DNA from: Felis catus | Taxonomy: Eukaryota | Length of the DNA stretch: 64,000 nt | NCBI RefSeq assembly: GCF_018350175.1 | Contig: NC_058368.1 | Span: 169,262,001 to 169,326,000 of the forward strand | Direction of reading: 5' to 3' | Shown here: one piece after another, positions 1 through 12,880 of the stretch | How the letters are laid out: the number at the start of each line of letters is the position of its first letter | How positions within the stretch are numbered: the first letter of the stretch is position 1 | The notes under the pieces: generated by a model | The model's database searches: none | What the model saw: only the letters and a program-made list of their open reading frames with translations | What the model was told of the DNA's origin: nothing | Translations under genes and position numbers: made by a program

Positions 1-1189
1 ACATGAGTCTCCAAAAGCTATTTCCTAACATATGTCAATTTAACATCTGCCAGTTCCTAACTGATAGCCAGAAACAGCCGCACTGGCGGTACCTGCAATA
101 GTGTCAAGGTATTTCCCATTACAACTGTCTTCGCTTTGGCATTGTCAGTAATATTTTTGCTCTAGGGGTAGCCTATTTCCCTAACTTGAAGGAGACACGT
201 GAATTAGAGCACAAAGCAGGAGGAATAAATAGGACGATGTCTTGACAGTTATATGGAAGTGTAGCAGAGGAAAGTTTTCCCAAAAAAGTACTAGATAAGA
301 AAATCTACGTCACGGGTCACAGATTGAACTGCTTCTCCTGGTGGAAACATGCTTTACTATACCACATCCTAATTTCTCCTTGTTATCCACTATCAAGAAT
401 ATTTGCAAACAGAATTAAGATGTAGGAAGTAGTAACCATATCTAAGAGTACCCAACCATGTCCAAAGCTTCTCTTAAATTTTTCTCTTTTCTATTCCTTT
501 GATGGAACTGAAAGTGCATCAGTGAGCTTCAGTTTCTGTCTGGAAATTCATAACAGAATGGTATTTTGACAGAATGATTATTTTGAAAGGGGTGGCCTAA
601 GTGTTGGCCCTGAGAGAGATCAATATTTTTACCTGCCCTAAAATAATCTGGTGCTGAATTTTGTAGTTCAAAAATTTTAAGATCTCCAAAAAATTTTCAG
701 ACCCCCCCCAAATTTTCAGGGCCTCCAAATGATTAGTGTCATTTGCTCCCTTTGATAAATTCTCCCTACCCCAATAACATTATTGCATTTTGTTTCATTG
801 GACTTTAAAGGAGAGGCATCACTGTGGGCCCATTAAGGTCAAGGCTACCTGTATGTCATTATTATTATAAGCTCTGTGTCAAATCCTGTGCTTGACACAT
901 AGTAAGCATGGAAGAAATGAACCAATCCTGTCCTGAAATTCTGAGATCCAACATTTGCTCTTCGAGTCCTCAAATTTAGGACATAAATTACATAAATTAA
1001 AAAAAAAAAACATCTAATTGACTTTGATAAAGAAAGAAGAAATGAGTTCTCATGATTGGACTTTTATAGGAAAACTTTAATGGTAGTTCTCTCTAAATAA
1101 ATTTGGGAGCTCACAAGTACTCTATACCAAATTCTCTTCATGGTAATGGTTACTTGACAATTTTTCAGTGAAGATAGTGTTTTTGAATA

Positions 1190-1370
1190 TAAAGTAGGGG
1201 TTGTGGAAAGAGAAGGAATTTTGGAGACTAAAGGTCTATAGTTGAAATCCTAGATCCATTCTTTACAAAGTTATTTAACCTCTACTTCCCTATCTTCAAA
1301 ATAGGAGCTCAACAAAGTGCCTGGGACCCTGGTACTTATGGCCACTCACTAACTGGTAGTTATCATGATC
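1190..1370 (+). mobile_element. MIR SINE fragment (degenerate)
   Basis: tttggagact...gaaatcctagatcc...aagttatttaacctct...tcttcaaaatagga resembles the MIR core. Confidence 0.6.
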
Positions 1371-3039
1371 CTTGTTATGACTACTCCTGGTATCAACTGA
1401 TCTGATATTATATAGTACAGAGAATAGACTCAGTTTATGTATAACCCAAGCCCTTTAAAGCTTTATAAGTGAAAACCCAGCTCTGCTCAGTGCTATGTTA
1501 GTCACCTAGCAGAATGGTAAATGGTATTACTTTTTCTGTCATATCTGCAGCATCAATTTTTGGCATGGTTATGAGGACATAGCCCTAATAAAAGTCATGC
1601 CATCTAAGCGACAGACCCACACAGCATTAATGGTAATGAGGGAAGAGACATGCTTAGTATTTCAAACCAGATTTCCCCTGTTGAAATTATACCTTCCCAA
1701 TCTATGACATATTATCCTACAGGTACAAGTGTCTATTTGCATTTTGTAAATCACAAAGACTTAGCACAAACGTCTCAGGTTAAACCTTAAGGTAATACAC
1801 AAGCAAGTTTCTAAGGGAGCCCTCTCTGCCTCCTTCCCCGTATTTCTCCTTTCTTTCCTAAGATGTTCCAGGCAATGTGCATATAAAAAATATTTACAGT
1901 TGATGAGATAGGAGATGAAAGGGATTCCAATATTTTTTCTTATTTCGACCTATTCTGGAAAAGGTGAAAGCCATTCCACATAAAGTTAAGTGCTGTAAAA
2001 ATACATTGACTCTTAGTTCACTAGAATGATGCTGTGAGTTATGTCCTTAGAACTTCTTGACACGTGAAAAGATTAAATAGAAATAACTCCAATTTCAACT
2101 TTATAGTCTATTTACTGAAGTCTTTTTTTTTTAAATCGTTGCCATAATCCTCTCTAACAAAGTAGATAGAGTGCAGAATGCAAATCTCCCACACTGAATG
2201 GGTTGATGAAGGTTATTTCTTGGAAATTATTTGACCTTATGAGCTATAAGCAAGGGTGAAAGTTGTAGTTCTACCCAACTGTTTAGTTTTGTATTATTCT
2301 AGCAATGGTTTATCTCTAAAGTTATTGATTAAAGTGATAAATAACTTAATGATTACCTACTTTTAGATAAAAAAGAAGCTTACAATTTTCATACAGTTAC
2401 AGTGCATGACCAAGTAGAGCATTTAAATGCAACCACCTACAGGGATAATTTCAGCAAAAACTTTTTAGATATATTACTTATTTATAGATAATATATCAAT
2501 ATATGATCTGCAGGACATTAATTAGGTGTACAAAATCTGAAAGCCCCCTTAAACCTGTCAGAGACAAAGAGAAAGTTAAAGAAGTTTGAATGTTGCCATT
2601 TCATGAACTTTATGCTAATTTGCTTCCTCGGAAGAATTCAAGACCAATATTGATCTGATTCATTATTTGCATAATTCATATCTTATAAAAGGTAATTATA
2701 CACTCTCCAGTCAAATTACTTAATGGTCCAGTATTATTTTCTGAAAAGCTTCCCCTTCCTGTCATGTATACTTGCAAATAAACTTGCAATTCACATTAGA
2801 TTTAATTGGATGTTATAGAGGCTGATATGCTACTATGGATAATAAAGTAAACAATACCAAATCCTAACTATAATTCTCACTGATCCCCAGCAATACCCTT
2901 CATACACCCAAGTTTTCCATACTATTCCAATCAAATGTTCTACCTTCACTGTTTTCCATTGACTTCTCTCCTGAAAACAGTATTATCCTTTTGTTCATCC
3001 AGGCATGAAACATTAAAGTTTTCTTCTCTTTCGCCCCCT

Positions 3040-3531
3040 TCCAGTTATCTATTGCTGCATAACAAACCGCCCTACAATTGTGTTGTGGCTTCAACCCACA
3101 ACAATCATTTACTTCTATTCTGTTAATTGCTCATAAATGTGCAATTTGGGTAAGACTCAGCAGGGCCTGCTCTTCTCTGCTCCACATGGTATCAGGTGGT
3201 ATGGTGGAAGACAGTTCATTCTTGCAATATAGCACACTTTGGAGACTGGGAGCTTAGTTGTTGGTTAGGGGCCTCTGTTCCTCTCCATGTGGACCTCTTC
3301 ACAGGGTTTCTTGGGCTTCTTCACAGCACAGAAGCTGACTAACAAAAAAGAGTCCTCTAAGGGGCCTAGAAAAAAGCTGCAAGACTTCTTATGACCTAGC
3401 CTCATGAGTGTCAGAATGCTACCTTTGCCGCATTGATCTAGTAAGTCACTAAGACCGCTGAGATTCAAGGCAAGGGAGAAGAGTCTATGGAAAGAGTAGC
3501 AAAGACTTTGAAGACATTTTTAATCTACCAT
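3040..3531 (-). mobile_element. MaLR solo LTR, MLT1H-like
   Basis: Starts cagttatctattgctgcataacaaac, contains ctctccatgtggacctct and ttatgacctagcctc, ends catttttaatctacca, as in an antisense MLT1G/H LTR. Confidence 0.75.
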
Positions 3532-5904
3532 GTCCTGTCTTTATCCAAGTCTGAAATCTGCATTGGCAGTGCCAGTGGATCAGGAAGGAGATGGTATGAG
3601 ACACCTGCAGCAATGTGGTGACCTCAGAACAGCCACAAAGGTAGCTTTGAAAATGCTGAGGCACTGGGAGACATTAAAGGGAAAGGAGGTCCCTACCATT
3701 GCCATTATCATCTTTTTTCTTATAATCATCTTTAAAATCACTCACTAAATTCTCCCTTCTACTCTGTGGAGGGGTTTTCAATAACTGTATATAGATATTT
3801 ATAAAGAAAAAAAAAGTGGAGACACATTTGTAGATTCCTTGTTTATTTTTAATTTTTTTTAAGATTTAGGCCAGTCAAAACAAGTTTTCCTCCCTTTTGA
3901 ATTTCTAGAAAGGAAGAGAAAATTAATGCTAATTGAATTTATTAAATTCATTTGTGATCAGTCTATGATAGCTGATTTTCATTTTTTAATGTGCTATAGG
4001 TACATTGTCTACTGTATAATCAAAGTATATGGAAGCCCCCTGTTCATTTTATAAGATATGAATTATGGTTTTCTCTGTTCAAATTATTATGGATGTATCT
4101 CATTGTTGAATCTTTGCTTTTACGGTTAGTTAGCTGAAAATAGCTACAGTTTATTTGTTTTTGTGTCCCTTATTTAGGACTATGACTCTTATGACACTAG
4201 TCTTAAGGGGGAAATGATCTGTGTTACAAAAGATCCCTATATGTTGTGGTTTCCAGAAATGCACTGTGTACATAAACGAGGACTGCCTGTACTGTTCCAG
4301 GAATTGGAAATGAAACAAATAAGCATTTGCGCAAACACTGAAATGCACCTCACAACCAATCACTGGATTAGTGTGCAAGACAAATAATGATTCTAATGGA
4401 ACTTGGGAAACAGCACCAAATGGAATTTAATATATTGCTCCCTAACTGATCTTTGTTTATGACTCTATAGGGGGCTAATTATTTTTCTCAGTTCTGTGAC
4501 AAAAAGAACTAGAGGGGACAGGAAGAGCAAGAACAATTTGGCTCTCAGTGAATTCCCAATAAATGATTGCTGAACTGCACTGAGACTATTTAATACTTCC
4601 AAACATAATAGAATGTTATTTTTGAGAAGTATTTTCAAGTACATCCAACTATTCCAGTAAAACATGACTGGGGCATACTTATTCATTTTATTAAAATTTT
4701 ATTTCCATTTGGGTCTAGTTTCAAATCTGAAAACTTTAAAACTTTTAAAGACTTATTCTTATTTAAGATGTTGTGTTTACAATGCAAGGCTAAGTGAAAA
4801 CATCATAACCTAACTATGTTTTCCAAATTTTCTACACTAATCAGAAAAAGGTTATAAATAATCAATTCCATGGGCAACTCTTAGAATATATCCAACTGGC
4901 AAATTTGACCCAGAGTTGACCCTTACTTAGCATACCATATAAACCAGAAGTTGTGACATCCATCTCCTATTCTTGTAAACCTCAGCCACAGTTGAACGAT
5001 TGACATCCATGTAATACTCCAGCAGGTGAATATTTCCTAAAAGCAATGTTTTTAAAGGAAAGGAAAATGTTTCTTCTTCCACACAAGCACTTTCTCCCTT
5101 AGTGATTTTCATATTTCCTCCTTTTCTTGCAAACTTTCGAGATGAGAAACAAAGTTGGCATTTATATTTTGAAATTTTCCCCAGATCAGATTTAAAAAAA
5201 AGCATGTGAATTCTATGATGTTAAAGAACAATGACATAGCGGACAGTTGATTTAGGGTGAAGATATGTAGGGAGGGATAAAAATGTCGGTCTAGTTTCTC
5301 ATAAAATATAAATGAATCACTAAAATTTCCCTCCCATTACTTCAGGTAACTTAACTGGGGTACAATTTATGGGAAACTGAAAGTAGAAAAGTGTCTTGCA
5401 AATTAATTTTGTTTGGTGGAGACTTATAACAGCACGGGAGAAGTAGCTCTTGCCATTCGATCCAGGTTCCTGGAGAGCTATGGCTATGATTTTCTTCCTG
5501 TTTACTCAGTGTATAATTTAATATGATTATTTGTAAGTTGGAGGCTGAAATTTATTACATAAAATGGCATGTAGTGGATATGAAAGAGAAAGAAACGTGA
5601 GATAGAGGAATCTGGTCAGCAGAACTGTATCTTTCTTGCACAAAGGGTATGAATATAATTTCTTTTTCTTGGCTGGCTTAGGGAAGCTGCAAGATGAGGG
5701 CTCTGATAGCCAAACAAAGAACGGAAAATACATTTTTTTAAACTCTACCAATGATATTATAGGGTTCTGGTAAAATGATTTTAATAGTCTACATGACTCT
5801 AAAAATAGAAAGTAATACCACTACTTCTCAAAAAGAAAAACTAAAATAAAAATTCTAATTTTTGTGAGAAAGCACTAGAAGTAATCACTTTAAGAGACAA
5901 AAAA

Positions 5905-6002
5905 AGGGCACCTGGTTGGTTCCAGGCAGTAGGGCACGTGACTCTTGATCTTGGGTCATGAATTGTTGGGCATAGAGATTATTTAATAAAACAAAAATTT
6001 TA
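5905..6002 (+). mobile_element. Short old tRNA-derived Can-SINE (SINEC_old-like)
   Basis: gggcacctggttgg...gtgactcttgatcttgggtcatg...gggcatagagattattt followed by an A-rich tail. Confidence 0.7.
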
Positions 6003-6184
6003 AGATCAAACAATAAACAGAACCCACTTTGCTATTTTTTATTGATATTACTCCCTAAACACAAAAATAAGATAATATTGCAAAAATGACTATAAAACTG
6101 TAAGGCCAGAAGGAATAGATGAACTGACATGTCAGAATGCTTTTATTTCTTTAAAAGCAAAATTTGAATGTTGGAGTAAAAAGG

Positions 6185-6399
6185 TTTTTTTAAATTTTTT
6201 AAAAATGTTTATTTTTGAGAGAGAGAGAGAGCATGTGCCAGTGGCGGAGGGGCAGAGAGAGAGGGAGACAGAACCCAAAGCAGGTTCCAGCCTCTGAGCT
6301 GTCAGCACAGAGACCAACGCGGGGCTCGAACTCATGAACTTTGAGATCATGACCTGAACCGGAGTCACATGCTTAACCAAATGAGCCACCCAGGCACCC
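6185..6399 (-). mobile_element. Can-SINE (SINEC_Fc type)
   Basis: Antisense head (gagccacccaggcaccc), GA-rich tract, T-tail; TSD ttggagtaaaaa at 6171 and 6400. Confidence 0.95.
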
Positions 6400-6699
6400 T
6401 TGGAGTAAAAAAGTTTTTTTCAAGTTATGACATATTTTAAATACACAATGAATACTCATATACTTTCTACTTAAGTTTACCAACATTTTTGTTTTAGATT
6501 TATTGTTTTATAAAAGAAGTCAAGCAGTTGAAGTTTCCTGTGTCTTTCTTTCCATGAAATAACATGATCATGAACTTGATACTTATTTCCAAAAATTTCT
6601 TTATAATTTGATAAACAAATATCCATAAACAACTTGTAATGCTTTTTAAATTTTATATCAATTGTAAAATAATGCAACACTATAAAAACCAAACTTACC

Positions 6700-7291
6700 C
6701 ACTAAACTATTTTAGAACATTTAGGTTGTTTCCAAATCTTTGTTGTTACGAAAGCTGTTGCCTCTATAATATACCTAGAAGTGGAATTGCTGTGTTGTAG
6801 AGTATGAGCATGTTGAATCTTACTTAATATTGAGAAGCTGCCCTAGAGAATGATGACAAGTTACATTCTACCAGTAGTGTACAGGAGTTCCAGTTTCTAC
6901 CCATTATCACAAAATTTAGAGTTAGCAGAGTTTTAAATTTTCATTAGTGTGACAGGTGACTTTCTGTAGTTTTAAGTTGTATTCCTTTAATAATAGTGAA
7001 CTTAAAACATCTTTTCCTATCTTTATTGGCCATTTAGGTTTCCTGTACTGTAGACCATTTAAGTTTCCTGTACCGTAAAGGGATTGTCCATTTTTATATT
7101 AGATTATTTATTTTTAAAAATTTACCTGTAAGAAGTACATATATATTTGCATATGTATTGCAAATAACTTGGTCCAAGTATTGTCTTTTCTCCTTGTGAT
7201 ATTTTGAAACACAAACGTTAATGTGGGAAAATTTATCAATTTTTGTTGTGTGCTTTGGTGTCTTATTTGAGAAATTCTTCCCTATCCTGAG

Positions 7292-7326
<35 letters not shown>

Positions 7327-7990
7327 CATTTTCTTCTTACAGTTTTAAAGGTATGGTTGAAAACATGTAGGTCCTTAGTTGTTCTGAAATTTATTTTTGG
7401 CTCACGTGAGATAAATACTTAATTTTATTTATATTTAGTGTTTTCTCACATGAATAACCAACTCTGTCTTTGATTTTGGGGATGCCACCATGGATTTTTT
7501 TCTTGGATTTCTACTTCATTTCATTGGTCATATAAGGTATGTATCCCCTACCTCCACACTGTTCTTCTTCTTCGTAAAATTCTATTTTAAATCATGTGTT
7601 ATATATATGAGTTATATATGGATTATTATATATGGGTTTAATACCCACTTATTAACTTACACAAGCAATTGGATTGATATTTTGGTTGGAATTATATTTA
7701 ATATGTAGACTAATTTGGAGAAACTAACATTGGTATATTATTTAGTCTTTCCATCCATGAACATTGTATATCTCTTCATTTTTTTTCAGGACTTTTTAAT
7801 TCTGTTTAATAATGTTTGACAATTTTCTATAAAAAGGTTTTGTATATCTTTTGTTAGAGTTATTCCTGAGTACTTTATATCTTTTGTATTTATTGTGAAT
7901 GGTATAATAGCTTATATTATGTTTTCCAAATGGTTATTATGAGTGTATATATAGTAATATTATTAATTTTTGCATGTTCATCTTGAGAAG
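6700..7990 (-). mobile_element. Old L1M (ORF2/3' region) fragments
   Basis: Antisense L1 phrases: catttaggttgtttcc, atatacctagaagtggaattgctg, ttgaaattatatttaatatgtagactaatttggaga, tcttccatccatgaaca-like. Confidence 0.8.
7295..7324. repeat. (AC)15 microsatellite
   Basis: Direct reading. Confidence 0.97.
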
Positions 7991-8689
7991 AAACTTTTAA
8001 GGCCAAGTTGTAATGCTTATTAGCACTAAGTTTTACTAAATAAGTTTGACATTCATTACAATTCAGCTAAAGTCATGGTTGTCTAAAGATGAATTAATTA
8101 CCTGTATAGGAAAAGAAAATTACCTGCATAGGAGTGCTGACTAAAACATTGCAGATCTGTTGCCTTAAGATCATTACATTATATTAGATCCAATTTGGTA
8201 AAGACTTAATGACTCCATCTAGTGGTAGTTTGAAGTTCTAAGTGAATTGGCAAATGTACTTTCAGGTTTTATTGGATATTTGTGTTTAAAATATCATGAT
8301 AGTAATCAATATCCTTGTTGGAAATGTCAAGAAACAGCAAGGATTAATTTGACACATCAAAATTAATTATGTGTGTTGTCGTAAGCGTTGTTGACCTCAA
8401 GATTAGAATGAGGCATGCTTATAGAGAAAATTATGTACAACCTCCCATGTTGGAAGCAGATTGTGTATGTAGAGATTTAATTTTCAGGATTGTTATTCAA
8501 GGAGTTATCATAGGTCATGTTCACAGAATGTTTTAAAAATAACATCAACAGCTGGCCAAAGTCAATCCATATGACCTTTATAGGATCCTCACAGTCTTTC
8601 CCATGAGAACTAACTTATAGATAAGGACCCTTTAAAATTAGGCTTAGTTTTATATTTTACTAATTAGAATTTTTTCTTTGTGCAGAAAA

Positions 8690-9990
8690 TAACAAAATTT
8701 TAGGCATAAATGTGCTCAATTTCAAAAAACATTGGGACAACTTGCTAATCACTTGAAAAATGTATATTTAACTCTAAAATAAACTCAAGATGTATTTAAA
8801 ATGTTATGCACACAAAAAGGTTTTAAAAGTGCAATATGAATGATTATTTAATTTTGAAGTGGGGAAGACCTTTCTAAGGATAGACGGAACCTCTAAGAGT
8901 AAGGTTGATTGAAAACTTCTATAGAATAATAACAACAATTAAAACAACAGTGGCATATCTTTGGTAAAAATTTAAAATTGATGATGTCCTGCATTAATGT
9001 AGGTTAATGATGAAGACATCAAGAATAGGCTTTATTATATTACCAGTTGAGAATATACACTTGGAACAAACTTTCTCAAGGGAAATTTGGCAATGGTATC
9101 AAAAGCATTAAAATATGCACAGCCTTTGCCCCAGAAATTCCACTACTCATAATTATAGGCATGTAGCAAAGAAATGATTACAAGAATATCTTTATAGCAC
9201 TATTTAAAATATTTAAAAATTATAAAAAAATAAATGTCCATTAGTAGGCCGATTGGGAAACTAATTTTTAGAGTATATACTTACAGTAGAATTCTATGCT
9301 ATTATTAACTCTAATGCTACAGAATAATATTTAAAGACACTTAAAGTATTTTTACATACTTAATTGTACAATTACATAATTAAAAGGGAAGTTATTCTCA
9401 GAATATACTAAATTAAAAGTAGAGAGTGCATTACAAATCAGTGTATTTTCATTTATTTGTAATATTTGTTTTTGTTCTTATGCAAAAAACAGAATTAAAA
9501 TTAAGAATGTTTATATTTTGAGTTGTGATGTTATGGGCTAAATGTTTGTGTTCTCCCAAAATATATATGTTGAAGCCCTACCCGCCAATGTGATGGTATT
9601 TGGAGATGGGGTGTTTGGGAAGTAATTGGAGTCAGATGAGGTCATTATGGGATTAGTGCCCTTATAAGAAGAGACAACAGAAAGTCTGTTATCTCTCCAT
9701 CATGTGAGGACATTGTGAGAAGAAGGCAGCCATCTAAACCAGGAAGAGAGGTCTGACCAGGAACCATGTTGGCCAGCACCTCGATATGGGACTTCTGGCT
9801 TCCAGAAGTCCCACAAAAATAAATTTCTGTAGTTTAGCCACCCAGTCTGTGGTAGTTTGTTATGGCAGCTCAAGAAGACTAATAATACACAAGAGATGTT
9901 AAAATTTCTTGTCTTCCTTTCTTTGCTTATCTGTATTTCCAAATTTTTTTCCAATGAGCATACTATATTTATAATTTTAAAAGGTATTGT
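8690..9990 (+). mobile_element. Old L1ME-type 3' fragments, interrupted by an MLT1A LTR
   Basis: gggacaacttgcta, gggaaatttggcaat...atcaaaagcattaaaatatgcacagcctttgccccagaaattccact; 3' end ttttccaatgagcatactatatttataat. Confidence 0.7.
9529..9888 (+). mobile_element. MaLR solo LTR, MLT1A/MLT1A0
   Basis: tgttatgggctaaatgtttgtg...atgttgaagccct...gggattagtgcccttataagaagaga...aataaatttctg...gactaataataca. Confidence 0.9.
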
Positions 9991-10849
9991 GAAATACATT
10001 AAATAGTATTAGAGAAAATTTCCAATGCATACAGATTTTTTCAGTGAGAAACTCATCATTAGTAAAATCAGTTATTTAAACCTGGTTTGTGATTACCTTG
10101 CCACATTTTCACTAATTCTCTTCGTACATTAATTATTTGGCTTACAAGTATTTAACAAAACAGATTAAGTCCATTTTTAGCTATGAATGTCAAAGATTGA
10201 TAAGGTTTCTAAATATACCACTGAAAAATAGTTTTGTTTTCTTCCCACCTAACTACTCTACAGTTATTATTTGGAAACATTGACCATTTTAATCATTATA
10301 CTTCCAATTAGAGTCAGTAATTAGCATTTTGTCTTAGGACAGCATGCCTAATAATGGTGAAATTATGTATATATATTTTTTGCATTACAAGGCATTTTCT
10401 AATTATCTTAATCATCCATCCTATTTCCCTTGTATGCAATCAAATTTCTAAGAAACAATGTACTCCTTTCACTTTTGTTATAAACCAGAGGTGAGGTCAT
10501 GAATTCCTCCATGGTACCTAGTACACACACACACACACTTTTATCAGTTTTATTTTTATCTTCTCAATACCCATGCTAACACTGGGTATGCTGGTAAGGG
10601 GAGAAACGGAGGAAGCAGGGATACATATTGCAAGAATGGCAAATTTTCTTTGAGGCAGCAGAGGGTTTGAAAACTTTTGGCATCTCAAGAATGTGGAGTC
10701 CATCTCTAGAGAGGTGAGAAATTGGCAGCAAGAAATTTCACCTCAGGGACAGAAATCCACTATCACTGTAGACAGAACACTCAAAACGATTAACCTTGTA
10801 ATGTGCATTCATCACTTGAGCTACTTGACAGGTTTGAGCACTTTTCTTC

Positions 10850-11300
10850 CATTGTGATAATTCCCCACATTATGTCTCACTTTCCCAAAGAGGAAGGCAA
10901 AAACTTGCAGTCTTACACCCCCTCAAGTAGGGGGCAGGCATTTGGCCTCGCTTCCTCTAACCAGACTATCCTTGGGAGACATCTCTGGAGAGAGCACAGA
11001 GGAAAGATACACCTAGGTTTGGGGGCAGTCCAGGTGGTAGAGGGATCCAGTTCTTGGTGACAGGGAGTGGCAGTGCTTCTGGAACAAGTTCTGAGCACCA
11101 TAAATGCCAAGTGTCAGGGGTGTTTCTGCCAAAAAAGAAGTGCTTGACCATTGTTCATGGATGTTCAGGTTTACTGTTGGATTCTCTGGCCCCACCAGAT
11201 ATTCTGTGAACAGTCTAATATCCTTGCATCAATTCCTTTTCTGCTCAAATTTGCAAACATGGATTCTGTAGATTGCAGTTAAGCACTTTGCCCAATCATA
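10850..11300 (+). mobile_element. ERVL solo LTR, LTR41/LTR33-like
   Basis: 3' end aattccttttctgctcaaa...ggattctgtagattgcagttaag typical of LTR33/41/50; ttccccacattatgtctcactttccc near the 5' end; subfamily uncertain. Confidence 0.55.
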
Positions 11301-11413
11301 ATACTCTCTCCCTCCTCGAAGCAAAACAAAACAAAGCCCAACCCTAGTAAAATTTCACTGTTCGTTGTTTAATAACTACCAAGACCAACCACATTTATAG
11401 ATACTAATAAAAT

Positions 11414-11630
11414 TCTTTTAATGTTTATTTATTTTTGAGAAAGACAGACAGACAGAGACAGAGTACGAATGGGGGAGGGGCAGAGAAAGAGGGAGACACA
11501 GAATCTGAAGCAGGCTCCAGGCTCTGACCTGTCAGTGCAGGGCCAGACATGGGGCTCTAACTCAGGAACTGTGATATCATGATCTGAGCTGAAGTTGGAT
11601 GCTCAACAGACTGAGCCATGCAGGTGCCCC
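11414..11630 (-). mobile_element. Can-SINE (SINEC_Fc type)
   Basis: Antisense body with gcaggctccaggctctga, ends caggtgcccc. Confidence 0.95.
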
Positions 11631-12165
11631 TTAATAAGAAATTTTTAAATGTAAATCAGTGCTATTTATTTATTTATTTACTTACAGAGCTTTGGTAACT
11701 AAAAAAAGAACTTTCTGGCCAAAGCCTCTTCTGTCTCTTTGTGGTGATCAGCAGAATTCATTCTTCCTGTTGCCTTGGTTCCAAGGATTCAAACAGAACC
11801 TGTGAAAGTTGACAACTTCCTCATTAACACACATTTGATATCCTCAAAACCTCTATTCATTTACTGGGTGCTTAACCACTTATTTCCCTGTTATGCAAAC
11901 ATCCTGAAATTCTACTTCATATTGCATGCAGTGTTGACTATCACATGAAAAACCTGGGGATCAGCCCATGAAAATCTTCAGTGCAAACATAAACATCAGC
12001 AGGCGAATATTTTCATTAGGAGCAATGTGTATCCAGGATGAAGGAAGAAAAGGACACTGGGGGAATCAACCAAAGTACATTCTCACATGCCAGGGCTGTA
12101 ATTAGAGAAACCACTGCACTCAACGGTAGATAAGCATCAGATTCAAGTGGCTGAAATTAGAATTT

Positions 12166-12513
12166 TCCCCCCAACTTTATTAAGATATATTTGGCATAGG
12201 AGTGCCTGGGTGGCTCAGTCAGTTAAGCACCCGACTCCAACGCAGGTCATGATCTTGCAGTTTGTGTGTTCGAGCCCTGCATAGAGCTCTCTGTGCTGAC
12301 AGCTCAGAGCCTGGAGCCTGCTTCGGATTCTGTGTCTCCCTCTCTCTCTGCCCCACTCCTGCTCATGCTCTGTCTCTGTCCCTCTCTCTTTCCCTCAGAA
12401 ATAAAATAAAAAGTAAACATTAAAAAAATTTAAGATATATTTGGCATAAAACATTGTGTAAGTTTAAGGTGTACAACATAATGATGTGATATACATTTAT
12501 ACCGTAAAATGTA
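12166..12513 (-). mobile_element. Very short L1MA-type 3'-end insertion (~100 bp) split by a SINE
   Basis: caactttattaagatata...aacattgtgtaagtttaaggtgtacaacataatgat is an antisense L1MA 3' terminus; flanked by aaattRgaattt at 12154 and 12514. Confidence 0.75.
12199..12430 (+). mobile_element. Can-SINE (SINEC_Fc type)
   Basis: Full body; perfect 18-bp TSD taagatatatttggcata at 12181 and 12431. Confidence 0.97.
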
Positions 12514-12679
12514 AAATTGGAATTTAAAGAGATTTGGGTGCATAGTAAGTATTTCATCATATGTTAGAGTGGTTCTATCTCAAAAATAATTTCTGCTTTC
12601 CACTTTCCACTTGGAATACTATACCACATACACATTATATTTTATGAAGGTTATTTTTAGCTAAAATTTATTGGACATT

Positions 12680-12880
12680 TAGGATAGGCCAGCACCAAGA
12701 CTTTGCGTCCTGTAACTCATTTATTAATCCTGACAGCATGAGGCAGATATTGTTAACCCTATTTTAGAGACCAAGTGATTCCCAGAGAGGTTAATTAATT
12801 ATCCAGGGTAATACAACTCCTAAATGACAGAGGTGGTACCTGTTTCCAGGTCTGTGAGACCAAAACTCCCTATGCTGAAT
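12680..12880 (-). mobile_element. MIR fragment
   Basis: taatcctgacagcatgaggcagatattgttaaccctattttagaga...agagaggttaattaattatccagggt. Confidence 0.6.

Noticed and set aside
5090..5205. Minus-strand peptide KISKYKCQLCFSSRK recalls a CQLCFS stretch I remember from chicken vitellogenin-2, raising the idea of a vitellogenin relic
   Set aside because: Only a ~6-residue match from memory, which is expected by chance in a six-frame translation of 64 kb, and no collinear second exon was found. A tblastn with VTG1-3 plus synteny would settle it.
5905..5990. tRNA-like A/B box sequence
   Set aside because: This is the tRNA-derived head of a SINE, not a tRNA gene; the same applies to all SINE heads in the window.
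7030..7079. 25-bp tandem duplication (similar small ones near 8096, 14142, 26560, 48318, 49452)
   Set aside because: Ordinary two-copy slippage duplications with no spacer structure; not an array or CRISPR-like feature.
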